Of a stretch of DNA of 64,000 nt, positions 39,017 through 47,782 are shown one piece after another. A program made the position numbers and the translations under genes. The number at the start of each line of letters is the position of its first letter. Within the stretch, counting starts at the first letter, position 1. Under the pieces are notes generated by a model that was not told the DNA's origin, ran no database searches, and saw nothing but the letters and a program-made list of their open reading frames with translations. Source of the DNA: a virus. Taxonomy: Duplodnaviria; Caudoviricetes. The stretch lies in IMG/VR virus record IMGVR_UViG_3300031418_000007. One strand, 5' to 3'.

Positions 39017-39048
39017 TATAACCTCTACCCGCAAGGGTAGAGGTTATA
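39017..39048. terminator. Bidirectional terminator
   Basis: 14-bp stem with GCAA loop, flanked by an A-tract; between convergent genes. Confidence 0.82.
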
Positions 39049-39060
39049 GTTGTAGGATAA

Positions 39061-40446
39061 TTAGAACACTGTGGTTTGCGTTAAGATCAGGGTCTGCAAG
39101 TTAGCCGCTTCCAAGTCATCAGCAACGCGCTGGAACTCGTAGCCGTAAACCGCAATCCCTTTCTTCTTAGCCGCCTTGTTCACTAACTTGACGTCCCAGC
39201 CAAGCGCCTCGATATCCTGATCAGTACAGAGGAGGATAAGGTGTCCATCCACCACCCGCTTTCCCAGAATGAAATTCACCACAGGCGCCTCCTCAGGGAA
39301 AGTCTGCGTTCCCTGAAGATCAATCGCTACACGCACCTGTTGAAGCTCTTCTTCATCCACACGACGGAAAGTATAACCTTTATGGACATCCTTTTCACCG
39401 TTACAGCATTTCAACACCGTGCCGTAGTCGAGCCCCAGATGTTCGGTTTCCAGTGGATCGCCGTCAATGAGGATCATGTGTCCGTCAGCCACACGTGTAC
39501 CCAGGATGTTCAAACAATGTCCCGCGGCGTATTCCCGCAGTAGGGTACGAAGCTTAGCCGGCACACGGAAGGCACCATACTGAGCGATCTCGTCATTGGT
39601 AGCGTAACTCCACCGACAGCCATACGCAGTGAGGTTAAGGTTAGCGGCATGTTCTACTGCACGTGACAAACCAGGTCCCAGGAGATCATCCAGTTCCTTC
39701 GCTGTAGACCGAATCAGCTTAACGCCGAAGTAATCGCCCGGGATCATTACCTCAAGCAACACCGGCTTGATGTGGTATTGTTCTGGGTGACCGCCTTCGT
39801 TGCTTTTGACACTGTTAATAGAAAGCAGTGCCGAGGTTTTGCTTTCGCTCAGGGAGAGCTGGGTTTCTTCACGCACAGTTGGATTAACAGCGTCAGGAAC
39901 ATCCACCACGGTCTGATCGTTCTGATTACCCGCGAACCATTCCAGGTTACGGAAATCGTTATCGCCTTTACGATCATTTTTGTGTTTGACTTCCAGCGCG
40001 TAATAGCCATACGCCTTGAGGTCATTCGGCAACGGCACAAAGCTGGTTGCCACTGCACGGTTAACCGAGAAGTTCACGGTGCCGTCAGTGAGCTGGACCA
40101 CGCTCTGCTGATATTCCTCTTCGTCGTTGTTGACGTCAAGCTGCGGGGTTTTACGCAGATGATAGAGGTTACCCTTGTTGCTGATAAAGGCATACTTGGT
40201 GTAGAACTCCTTGACACCGGTTACAGTATTAAGCAGCAGGTACTTGAAGTAACGTACCGGAACCCACACTTCGTAGTCCGGGTCAGTTTCTAATTTAGCC
40301 AGCAGGGCGTCGTAGACGATCTGGACATTATCAGGAAAGTCGAGTTCGTGATAACGCTGCAAATCTTCCGCTGTGAGTAAATCAGAAAGCTGGTTATGGT
40401 TCTTAATGAATTTCTTAAATTCACTGTTATATTTTTTCGCATCCAT
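39061..40446 (-). CDS. Freestanding HNH (I-HmuI-like) endonuclease homologue with C-terminal DNA-binding repeats
   Basis: EVWVPV...ISNKGN (NUMOD4-like), VNRAVATSFVP...VKHKNDRKGDNDFRNLEW, three repeats ending YGCRW / HKGYTFRR / YGYEFQR; likely start MDAKK at 40446 after AGGAG. Confidence 0.7.
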   Translation of the reverse strand: MDAKKYNSEFKKFIKNHNQLSDLLTAEDLQRYHELDFPDNVQIVYDALLAKLETDPDYEVWVPVRYFKYLLLNTVTGVKEFYTKYAFISNKGNLYHLRKTPQLDVNNDEEEYQQSVVQLTDGTVNFSVNRAVATSFVPLPNDLKAYGYYALEVKHKNDRKGDNDFRNLEWFAGNQNDQTVVDVPDAVNPTVREETQLSLSESKTSALLSINSVKSNEGGHPEQYHIKPVLLEVMIPGDYFGVKLIRSTAKELDDLLGPGLSRAVEHAANLNLTAYGCRWSYATNDEIAQYGAFRVPAKLRTLLREYAAGHCLNILGTRVADGHMILIDGDPLETEHLGLDYGTVLKCCNGEKDVHKGYTFRRVDEEELQQVRVAIDLQGTQTFPEEAPVVNFILGKRVVDGHLILLCTDQDIEALGWDVKLVNKAAKKKGIAVYGYEFQRVADDLEAANLQTLILTQTTVF

Positions 40447-40482
40447 TATCATGACTCCTGGGTTGATAAACTGGGAAAGGTA

Positions 40483-40508
40483 TCCCTGCTCCCCAGCGGG
40501 AGCAGGGA
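40483..40508 (-). terminator. Hairpin between the two HNH paralogues
   Basis: 11-bp stem TCCCTGCTCCC/GGGAGCAGGGA. Confidence 0.6.
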
Positions 40509-40525
40509 ACACTTATCATCAGAAA

Positions 40526-41404
40526 CTACACGCGGATGGCGCCGGCAGAACGACCGGTGTTGACATCGCGATAAGATCTGAGCATTCTAACCAGCGAAGT
40601 AGGAATGACAGAAGCACCATAGACAATAACGTCAGAATCGGAGGCAGGCGTCCAGCGAACACCGTTTACTTCTTTCACCTTATTACGCAGGACTTCATCT
40701 ACGTCAACCAGGCCAGATGTTCCCAGCAGGTCTGTGATCTCACGATCGCCAGAGCGGATAAAACGTACACCGAAGTGTTCGCCGGGAACGATGACTTCAC
40801 CCATAATCGGACGGATGCCGTAATGGTCATGATGAATGGCAGATTGGACAACAGGAGATGGTAAGTCGGTTTCCTCTACAACCTTGGAATCCCACGCCAG
40901 GTTCAGGAAGTCGTTGTGGGCTTTATCAGTGTCTTTGTGCTTGACCTGAGCGTAGCCGTGACCAACGTGTTTAAACTTCTCTGGCAATGGAACGAAGCTG
41001 CAAGCAACTGCGCGGTGCAAGGAGAAGCGAACGGGACCATCGATTAAACGCACCAGTGAACTTTGGTGACCACTCTGTGTGGTATGGCCTTGCGGCGCCT
41101 TGGTTTTCTTACGGATGTGGTGGATATTGCCTTTGTTGCTAATGAAAGCGTACTTCGTATAGAAGGTCGAAACGCCTTTGGCCGTGTCCAGTACTAAATA
41201 TTTGTAGTAATGAATCGGTACCCATACTTCATACTCAGGATCCAGTGCTAATTTTTTCTTCAGCGCGGTATTCAGGATGGATACGTTGTCAGGATAACTC
41301 AATATCTGGTAACGAGCGTATTCAACCGGAGACAGCAGGTCACTCACTTGGTTGTGGGTTGACTGGAATTCTTTCAAAGCAGATTCATAATCTTTGTTAG
41401 GCAT
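40526..41404 (-). CDS. Second, shorter HNH-like paralogue
   Basis: N-terminal half clearly paralogous to the neighbour (DPEYEVWVPIHYYKYL...FYTKYAFISNKGN); LHRAVACSFVP...VKHKDTDKAHNDFLNLAW. Confidence 0.7.
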   Translation of the reverse strand: MPNKDYESALKEFQSTHNQVSDLLSPVEYARYQILSYPDNVSILNTALKKKLALDPEYEVWVPIHYYKYLVLDTAKGVSTFYTKYAFISNKGNIHHIRKKTKAPQGHTTQSGHQSSLVRLIDGPVRFSLHRAVACSFVPLPEKFKHVGHGYAQVKHKDTDKAHNDFLNLAWDSKVVEETDLPSPVVQSAIHHDHYGIRPIMGEVIVPGEHFGVRFIRSGDREITDLLGTSGLVDVDEVLRNKVKEVNGVRWTPASDSDVIVYGASVIPTSLVRMLRSYRDVNTGRSAGAIRV

Positions 41405-41482
41405 GGTCGTTGTTTCCTTTAGATGATTTGGATGGGGCTTATTTAAAAACTTCCATTTAAAGAACGATTGTGTGTAACTACC

Positions 41483-41496
41483 TAATGTAGGAAAAA
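41483..41496 (-). promoter_or_regulatory. Putative early promoter TTTTTCCTACATTA upstream of the HNH pair
   Basis: Shares the CCTACATTA core with 2545 and 54873. Confidence 0.45.
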
Positions 41497-41800
41497 TGCT
41501 TAGCTTCTTAAGTTCTCAACTTACGATTCGCTAATGCTAGCGGATGCCGTACTCTATGTTACAGCTACCCATTATTATAATAATCCCAAAGAGGGTTTTC
41601 ATGCATGTGTCAATCTCCGGTATGCCTGGCTGCATTTCGATCTCAGCTCCGGCGGTTTATTAAAATCAGAATTGCGTGTTGTTATAAGAAAATTACTTCA
41701 CCGTTAAAAAATAATTATTATTTTGAATAGGTTAGAAAAAACCCTTATCACCTAGGTGTGTACCCATCACAAGTAAATGAAACAAAAACAAAGGAAACTA

Positions 41801-41834
41801 ACTACTATACCTGCCCAAAGGCAGGTATAGTAGT
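41801..41834 (-). terminator. Terminator of the small-gene operon
   Basis: Perfect 15-bp stem ACTACTATACCTGCC/GGCAGGTATAGTAGT followed by a T-rich tract. Confidence 0.82.
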
Positions 41835-41858
41835 AGATTAGGTGTTAATAAACGAATT

Positions 41859-42242
41859 TTACCAAACGTAGTAAATACCGTCTTGGTCGCTCTTAACGGT
41901 CATGTCGCTAAACAATGCCAGTGAATGTAGCAGGAATTCGTTTTCAAAGTTGGTGCCGTCGAACGCAACCTGTGGGGTCACTTTAACACGACAACACACT
42001 TCTTCCATGCCGTGACGAGAACTGCGACCCACCCAAATAGTCAGGATGATCTTAGCGCCAGCCGCCATACCTTCAACAACCTGAACTTCTTTGGTTGCCA
42101 AGCAGGTAGGAAAGAAGTACTGCTTCTTAGCACGATGGTACATCTGCATCATCGTGTTCATTACTGTTTCGCTTAAAAAACCAGCTGGAGGTAAATCCTG
42201 TTGTCCGTCATTAAGCGGACTTGAAAGTTCGAGGCTTGACAT
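41859..42242 (-). CDS. Small hypothetical protein
   Basis: 127-aa ORF; start uncertain because of a 70-nt overlap. Confidence 0.6.
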   Translation of the reverse strand: MSSLELSSPLNDGQQDLPPAGFLSETVMNTMMQMYHRAKKQYFFPTCLATKEVQVVEGMAAGAKIILTIWVGRSSRHGMEEVCCRVKVTPQVAFDGTNFENEFLLHSLALFSDMTVKSDQDGIYYVW

Positions 42243-42592
42243 CGGGCTAAATCTCCCAGAGTAGAAAGGTAAGCAAGGTCATTCTCGACGTCACTGAACA
42301 TCCCGTCGATCAACATGGCTTCATTTTTGTAGAATCGGTCAACTCCGCCATGTTCCTCATCCCACCGGCTCGGGGTGATGTGTGCACGAACAAGAGCATC
42401 TATATCACGGTTAAAAGAATGGTCCGTAACTATAGAATCTATACGGTTAAGGACCAGGGTCTTTAGAACCTCATTTTGCTCTTCATTTATGTCAGGTGGA
42501 AAGTCATACTTTACTGTGAAAAGTTGCTGCTGCCCGAGGTGGCGGTGAGCTGCCCCACCTGTTCGGCGATCATTTTTATTTCTATTTTCCAT
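42173..42592 (-). CDS. Small hypothetical protein
   Basis: 139-aa ORF. Confidence 0.65.
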   Translation of the reverse strand: MENRNKNDRRTGGAAHRHLGQQQLFTVKYDFPPDINEEQNEVLKTLVLNRIDSIVTDHSFNRDIDALVRAHITPSRWDEEHGGVDRFYKNEAMLIDGMFSDVENDLAYLSTLGDLARCQASNFQVRLMTDNRIYLQLVF

Positions 42593-42939
42593 ACGTCACT
42601 CTTTTGACCTCTGACGACATGAAGTTGATTAAGTTTCAAGAAGTCCCCAATGAAGAACCGACACCCCTCTTCGAACACCTTTTCGTAGAAGGGCTCAATT
42701 TCTCGGTCTAACATATAAAGGTTGTTACCGAGATGCCATCGAGCGTTGTAGAGAATAACCTCTTCAGCCTTGGTGCTCAGGTGAGTTTCCAATAACTCAT
42801 AGAAGAAGTCATCATCGAACCCACCTGTGGTTTCACCGCGAGACATTGCCACCTCTAATATAGGTTGGCAGAAATCTCGGATGTCACGTGAATAACCGGT
42901 CGGTAGTTTAATCAGATCAATAGTCTGTTTCATACACAC
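42511..42939 (-). CDS. Small hypothetical protein
   Basis: 142-aa ORF with AGGAG RBS. Confidence 0.7.
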   Translation of the reverse strand: MCMKQTIDLIKLPTGYSRDIRDFCQPILEVAMSRGETTGGFDDDFFYELLETHLSTKAEEVILYNARWHLGNNLYMLDREIEPFYEKVFEEGCRFFIGDFLKLNQLHVVRGQKSDVWKIEIKMIAEQVGQLTATSGSSNFSQ

Positions 42940-42960
42940 TCCTAATAGACTACTGAATTG

Positions 42961-43395
42961 TCAGTCAAGTTTTATTTCACCGTCGATCACGAAAGTGGTG
43001 AGTCTGGCTTGTAACGCGTGGATGCGCGTGGTGTGGTTAAAACCAAAACGACGCTTGTGTTCCTTATAATCCAGGTTCACAAGATCAGTAAGCTCAGAAC
43101 GACGACGTGGAGAGCCCCAGAACATCGGCGCATCTTTCTTGAAGGTAATACGCAGACGGTAACCGTAAACCTTGTCACGGAGCTTACGCAGCTCTAAACG
43201 ATACCCACACGGGTTGTGATCGATCTCCAGATTCAGCATAGGGTAAGAGCGTGCCCAACCTTCAACGAGTTCACCTTTCTTCTCCATTGACGGCAGCGTA
43301 GGGGTAACAAGACTTACTACTGAAGCATTGATACCGGCCAGATCCAAATAATAGTTCTTGTAGCGATTCTTCAACAAACGACTTAAAGAAGACAT
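42961..43395 (-). CDS. Small basic hypothetical protein
   Basis: 144-aa ORF with GGAG RBS, first gene after an early promoter. Confidence 0.72.
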   Translation of the reverse strand: MSSLSRLLKNRYKNYYLDLAGINASVVSLVTPTLPSMEKKGELVEGWARSYPMLNLEIDHNPCGYRLELRKLRDKVYGYRLRITFKKDAPMFWGSPRRRSELTDLVNLDYKEHKRRFGFNHTTRIHALQARLTTFVIDGEIKLD

Positions 43396-43430
43396 AGTAA
43401 CTCCGTGATTAGTAGATGATGACTAGCTGG

Positions 43431-43449
43431 GTAATATAGATTCCAAAAA
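43431..43449 (-). promoter_or_regulatory. Early promoter TTTTTGGAATCTATATTAC
   Basis: Exact phiKZ early consensus TATATTAC (43438-43431) with an upstream T-tract, just after a terminator. Confidence 0.7.
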
Positions 43450-43462
43450 GAATAACTGGAGA

Positions 43463-43487
43463 AAGGGTGGAACTTAATCCACCCCTT
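43463..43487 (-). terminator. Terminator hairpin after the Tad2-like gene
   Basis: GGGTGGA/TCCACCC stem. Confidence 0.6.
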
Positions 43488-43493
43488 GACCTG

Positions 43494-44159
43494 TTACTCT
43501 AACGGGCTTTTGCTGGTCCAGCTTTTGCTGCGCATGTCGAGCAGCGTTGGTGTCCATGGCATTTTAATACCGTTACTATAATTGACGGTGAGCATGAGCA
43601 TTTTGTCTTCGCCCATTTTCGCCTCTTCCAATACCACCCAGGCCGTTGCGTTGTCCCACTCTTCGCAACGAATGGCCAGCGTGCCCGGCAGTGCTTCTAA
43701 TACCGCATCAATGGCCTGGCCAAAGCTTTGGTCATTGATCTCACTGCCTTTGTCGTTGGCTGGGGTGAAGGTCGCAGAATGGCTCTCAGTGCCTGTGGCG
43801 AGGTCAACCGTGGGCTGCGTTTTCTGCACGTGGTTGATGTTCTCTTCAGGCGGTAACACTTCCACCGTCCAGCGTGTCCCCACCATGTTGAACTCATCGT
43901 TCTCCCAGGCTTCAGGTGCTTTGTTTTCGGTTTTCACCATCCACACCACCACGGGTTCCTGGCCTTCTACTTCCAGTGGAGCACGGAAGATCCAGCGACT
44001 CTGGTCGTCCCAGCTCTCGTCACGGATGCGTGCTTCGCCGGCCGGTACTTGATCGATGATGTAATAGGCAACGTCAGCAGGCACGCCGGTTTTCAGGCCA
44101 CGTTCCGCAATGAAGTCACCGATACGCTCTAAAGTTACTTGATCAAAAATCTGAGACAT
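43494..44159 (-). CDS. Tandem DUF2829 (Tad2-like) domain protein
   Basis: C-terminal FGQAI..L.G..AIRCEEWD..AWV...MPWTPTLLDMRSKSW fits the DUF2829 pattern; N-terminal G.ARIRDESWD..RWIF...AWENDEFNMVGTRW is a second copy; AGGAG RBS. Confidence 0.6.
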   Translation of the reverse strand: MSQIFDQVTLERIGDFIAERGLKTGVPADVAYYIIDQVPAGEARIRDESWDDQSRWIFRAPLEVEGQEPVVVWMVKTENKAPEAWENDEFNMVGTRWTVEVLPPEENINHVQKTQPTVDLATGTESHSATFTPANDKGSEINDQSFGQAIDAVLEALPGTLAIRCEEWDNATAWVVLEEAKMGEDKMLMLTVNYSNGIKMPWTPTLLDMRSKSWTSKSPLE

Positions 44160-44174
44160 ACATACTCCTGTAAA

Positions 44175-44198
44175 GAGTAAGAGGTTTCCCCCTTACTC
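44175..44198 (-). terminator. GAAA-loop hairpin after the helicase gene
   Basis: GAGTAAGGGG-GAAA-CCTCTTACTC followed by TTT. Confidence 0.55.
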
Positions 44199-44212
44199 CG
44201 GTTGGTTAATAA

Positions 44213-45757
44213 CTACGCTAAGGTAAAGCCCGTATCAACACTCTGGTAACTCAAGGAAGATTCCTCAAAGAGTTCTTTACGGTACTTGTGGTACTCTTTG
44301 TGTTTCTTTTCGTTCAGGCACACGGTATAACCATAGATACGTTCCAGGTCTGGGTTCTCGCTCTGTTTAATAGGACGAATGCGCCCACGCATCTGATAGT
44401 TACGCTGCAATGACTTCACGTTGTGGAAGCTAATGCAGGTAATCAACCCTGGAATGTCTTTACCTGTACCACACGAACCCGGCGTTGAGAACACGACCTC
44501 GTGTTTACGGTACTCGTCTTTGGTATCCGCTTTACCTCCCTGCTCCCCGGTAAATGAAATCGCATCCAAATCTGGATAACGTTTCAACAGCGCCGCCACC
44601 ATGATCTTGCACGTCTCTACCTTGGTAAAGAAGAACAAACACTTGGTGTCAGGCCGACGACGATGATAGTAGTAGTCATCAAAGAACTTATACATCATTT
44701 CGATATACTGAGGACGAAGCTTGTGGTTATCCATAATAGAAGCTTCAAACACGGTATCGTTGTAAACACCACGCGCCATGGAACGAATCCGGTGCTTGCT
44801 GGTATCCACACGATAGAACAATGCCTTGACGTGCATGTGTGCTGAGTATTCCGTTTCTCTCAGTCGACACTCCTTGGGATACAGATAACCGTAGATCTTG
44901 TTGGTCATCGCGTCTTCTGCTTTAACCGTTGCGGTGTTGGCAATGGTCTTGCGGATGTTCCCAAACATCATAGACAGATACAGCTGATGAATCGATTCGT
45001 GCGCTTCGTCATACACGCGTAAGCCTGGACGATACTCACGATAGAAGTCATCTAAGTCAGGTGCCAGAGGATCAGCTTTGGACTTCTTGAGCATGATGTC
45101 GATCTTGGTTAAACTAATAACCACGATCTTGGGATTTATCGTCCCTTTCTTCAATGCTGCCAGGAAGTTATCTAATCCACCGACGTCTGTCTCAACATAG
45201 TCTTCGGGACCTATGTCTAACAGGTTGCCACACTCGACCTTCCAAATAGGCAAGAAGCGGGCGTTGGCGATAATCACAACGCGCTGCTGCAACTGCACAG
45301 CGGTCCAGATGGACATAAAGGTTTTCCCTACCCCTGTTGCAGCGTTGTTTAACTTAAGGGGACCCTCTTCCATGATGTACTTCAGCCAATCCAGCTGGTC
45401 ATCTTTCGGGGTACCTATTCCCGGCTTGAAATTAATCGTCACGGGCATAGGGATTATTTCAGGCTCGTTAACCTGAAGGATTCGTTTGGGTGCGTAACCT
45501 CGGGTGCCAATAAAAGTTTTAAGTTCTTCCAACAAACTGCTTGTAAATCGAATTTCCGACTGGTCGTGGTTAAACCGCATAAAGCGATGGGTAACCGCCA
45601 TGACCTGAAGACGGGGATTGTGCTTGGCTGGCACCATCCCCGTTTTAGACAAGTACATGCGACAAAACGGCTTTAATACTCGATCGACAAATTCCTCAGC
45701 GTAATCGTACACCCTGAGGTAGTTGTTGGCCACGGATATAACACACGTATGTCGCAT
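44213..45757 (-). CDS. Superfamily 2 (UvsW-like) helicase (phiKZ gp75-like)
   Basis: Walker A ATGVGKT, Walker B YDEAHE, TAT motif III, QMRGRIRP motif VI. Confidence 0.88.
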   Translation of the reverse strand: MRHTCVISVANNYLRVYDYAEEFVDRVLKPFCRMYLSKTGMVPAKHNPRLQVMAVTHRFMRFNHDQSEIRFTSSLLEELKTFIGTRGYAPKRILQVNEPEIIPMPVTINFKPGIGTPKDDQLDWLKYIMEEGPLKLNNAATGVGKTFMSIWTAVQLQQRVVIIANARFLPIWKVECGNLLDIGPEDYVETDVGGLDNFLAALKKGTINPKIVVISLTKIDIMLKKSKADPLAPDLDDFYREYRPGLRVYDEAHESIHQLYLSMMFGNIRKTIANTATVKAEDAMTNKIYGYLYPKECRLRETEYSAHMHVKALFYRVDTSKHRIRSMARGVYNDTVFEASIMDNHKLRPQYIEMMYKFFDDYYYHRRRPDTKCLFFFTKVETCKIMVAALLKRYPDLDAISFTGEQGGKADTKDEYRKHEVVFSTPGSCGTGKDIPGLITCISFHNVKSLQRNYQMRGRIRPIKQSENPDLERIYGYTVCLNEKKHKEYHKYRKELFEESSLSYQSVDTGFTLA

Positions 45758-45772
45758 GACTGCTCCTACGGA

Positions 45773-47782
45773 TTATTCTCTACGACCATAATGCCAATAA
45801 GCCTCGAAAGGTGATGGTTGACGCTCTTTGACTAAGAATGAACTGAAGTTGTTGAGTACGTTTTGCTGGTGATCATAGATCATCAGTGTACCAAAACCGC
45901 GGTTCCAAATGGCGTTCTGGAAGCTCACGAAATAACGTGGAGCGTGCCCGTTTACCAGTCCATAGTATCCGTGTTTCGGATTCTTAGCCATTACAGCGTA
46001 CAACAGCACTTCACAGTGCAGAATGTTGATGCCTTTGAATTTGTGGTTCAACATCTCCCACATTTCAACCAACACTTCACCAAACCGCGCTGGGGTGACT
46101 TCCTGTTCTTTCCACTGATTGTTACGCTTAGAGTGCGCCATAAAGCTTTCCACTTCACGACGATAGATATCCATATCTTCCTGGGTATACGGCAGTGTAA
46201 ACAGCGGCTGCTCGTGATGCCAGTTACTCAGATCAATGGCAATGAACTTCTTGTCAATAACTTCCCATCCGTTCTCAAAGATGAACTCCAACAGATCTTT
46301 TGACATGCGGGCGCTGCGACTTGGAATAGACGTTTTCACTGAACGCTGATACATGGTCTTGCCGCCGATCATGATGTCCTCAGTTGTGTACTGCAAACTG
46401 GCTTCATCAAAGTACGACAGCTTGTCCACGGTAACGTCATCGAGGTTATCCAACGAACGAATGTCGGTTAACTCTTTGGTTACAGCAGAACTCACGATCA
46501 GTTTGGTTCCGTCCATACAGAGTTCTTTCAGTAAGAAAATATCATCTCCGTTGGTGATGATAGCGTCTTTGTCTTGGCTTCGCACAACAAACGGTGTGGC
46601 TACGGTGTTTCTCAGGAAGTGCTTGATAGACAGCATTCCCTGGCCGATTGGACGACATACTGCGGTCGCGGAATAAATCCCGATATTACAATCCATTTGC
46701 ATCATGGTGTTGTACGGGTAAGCATGTTTCATCTGCCCCACACAACAACCACATGGCTTGCTCGGATCTTTTGACGTACAGTACGGAATAGAACGAATCA
46801 AAATCGTGTCACCGATCTCAACGCTTTTCGCATACTGCGCATCAATCAAGACCAAGCTACCGTCATCAGCTACTGCGTACTTACCAAAGCAAGCGTGCAG
46901 GAACTCTTTGGACTTGATCTTGAGCGGCACCGGTAAATCAGTGTTGCAATCCGAGAAGTGATCAATCTCACGCACAACGGCTGCGTGAAGCTGGTTCTTA
47001 CGGTGGAACCATTCGGCGCCTTGCAGGGCTTTACCTGAGGTGATCAGTGCTTTACCGGCACCGTTCTTCTCAGCCAGTGAGTCTGCTAGGTTAACGATAC
47101 CTTCCGCATATGAATCCATGATTGGGTTCGGGAAGATACTGTTATCCAGGTCAAACACTGCACCACGTACAACGATTGACTGGTACGCCTGGTTGTAGCT
47201 GGTACCACCGGTGCGACACAGCAGAGGAAGCATGGCGTTGTTCAGCGTTGGCGACGTTGACATATAGGTGATGAATTCTGTTTCACCTTCGTCAATGGTA
47301 ATCTTGCCGCTGAGTACACGCTGTTTGATATCAACGATACCTGGGTCTTCCATAACCTCAATCAGGTCATCAGACGTCACGGAGATTGCAAACCGTTCAG
47401 TCATGGCCGTTAAGAGGTTATTGATTTTGGCCTGCCAGATATGAATCATCATTTTGATGCTATCTGCTTCTACCGGGTCTTTCATGTCGCGCATCACAAT
47501 CGGTAAGAACTGGTTCAGTGGGCGTGCCAAGAGTTTATCTTCGCACACCTCCAGTTCCTGATCGCGGATCCACACTCGCGCCACTTCCTTAATAAGGTAG
47601 GGGAACGAGTTATAGTTGCGGTGGACAATCATACCCTGCCAGGTCAGCAACAGGGATTGTGTGTCGGTGAGCAAGGTATCGCCGTTGTCATCAGTGACTT
47701 CAACAGTTTTGTAATAACCCAGCCAGCGTAACACAGTGGTTTCCGGTAAATTAGCAAATTCACGTAAACCTATTTTGATCAT
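45773..47782 (-). CDS. rpoC: Non-virion RNA polymerase beta' C-terminal subunit (phiKZ gp74-like)
   Basis: 669 aa; DCNTD...IRSIPYC...PCGCCVG zinc site; synteny between beta-C and the helicase. Confidence 0.82.
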   Translation of the reverse strand: MIKIGLREFANLPETTVLRWLGYYKTVEVTDDNGDTLLTDTQSLLLTWQGMIVHRNYNSFPYLIKEVARVWIRDQELEVCEDKLLARPLNQFLPIVMRDMKDPVEADSIKMMIHIWQAKINNLLTAMTERFAISVTSDDLIEVMEDPGIVDIKQRVLSGKITIDEGETEFITYMSTSPTLNNAMLPLLCRTGGTSYNQAYQSIVVRGAVFDLDNSIFPNPIMDSYAEGIVNLADSLAEKNGAGKALITSGKALQGAEWFHRKNQLHAAVVREIDHFSDCNTDLPVPLKIKSKEFLHACFGKYAVADDGSLVLIDAQYAKSVEIGDTILIRSIPYCTSKDPSKPCGCCVGQMKHAYPYNTMMQMDCNIGIYSATAVCRPIGQGMLSIKHFLRNTVATPFVVRSQDKDAIITNGDDIFLLKELCMDGTKLIVSSAVTKELTDIRSLDNLDDVTVDKLSYFDEASLQYTTEDIMIGGKTMYQRSVKTSIPSRSARMSKDLLEFIFENGWEVIDKKFIAIDLSNWHHEQPLFTLPYTQEDMDIYRREVESFMAHSKRNNQWKEQEVTPARFGEVLVEMWEMLNHKFKGINILHCEVLLYAVMAKNPKHGYYGLVNGHAPRYFVSFQNAIWNRGFGTLMIYDHQQNVLNNFSSFLVKERQPSPFEAYWHYGRRE

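Noticed and set aside
39061-41404. Group I intron or intein associated with the HNH genes
   Set aside because: Flanking genes are complete and separated by terminators; no split exons or intein motifs seen
41537-41635. 32-aa hydrophobic mini-ORF MQPGIPEIDTCMKTLFGIIIIMGSCNIEYGIR on the minus strand
   Set aside because: GGAG is present but the hydrophobic run comes from the AT palindrome; too short to support without expression data
41600-41660. TTCGA-containing stem as a possible tRNA or tRNA fragment
   Set aside because: No cloverleaf, acceptor stem or GGTTCGAATCC context on either strand
42173-42592. Long overlaps among small early ORFs as possible frameshift fusions
   Set aside because: No canonical slippery heptamer seen; downstream ORFs have plausible RBSs or alternative starts
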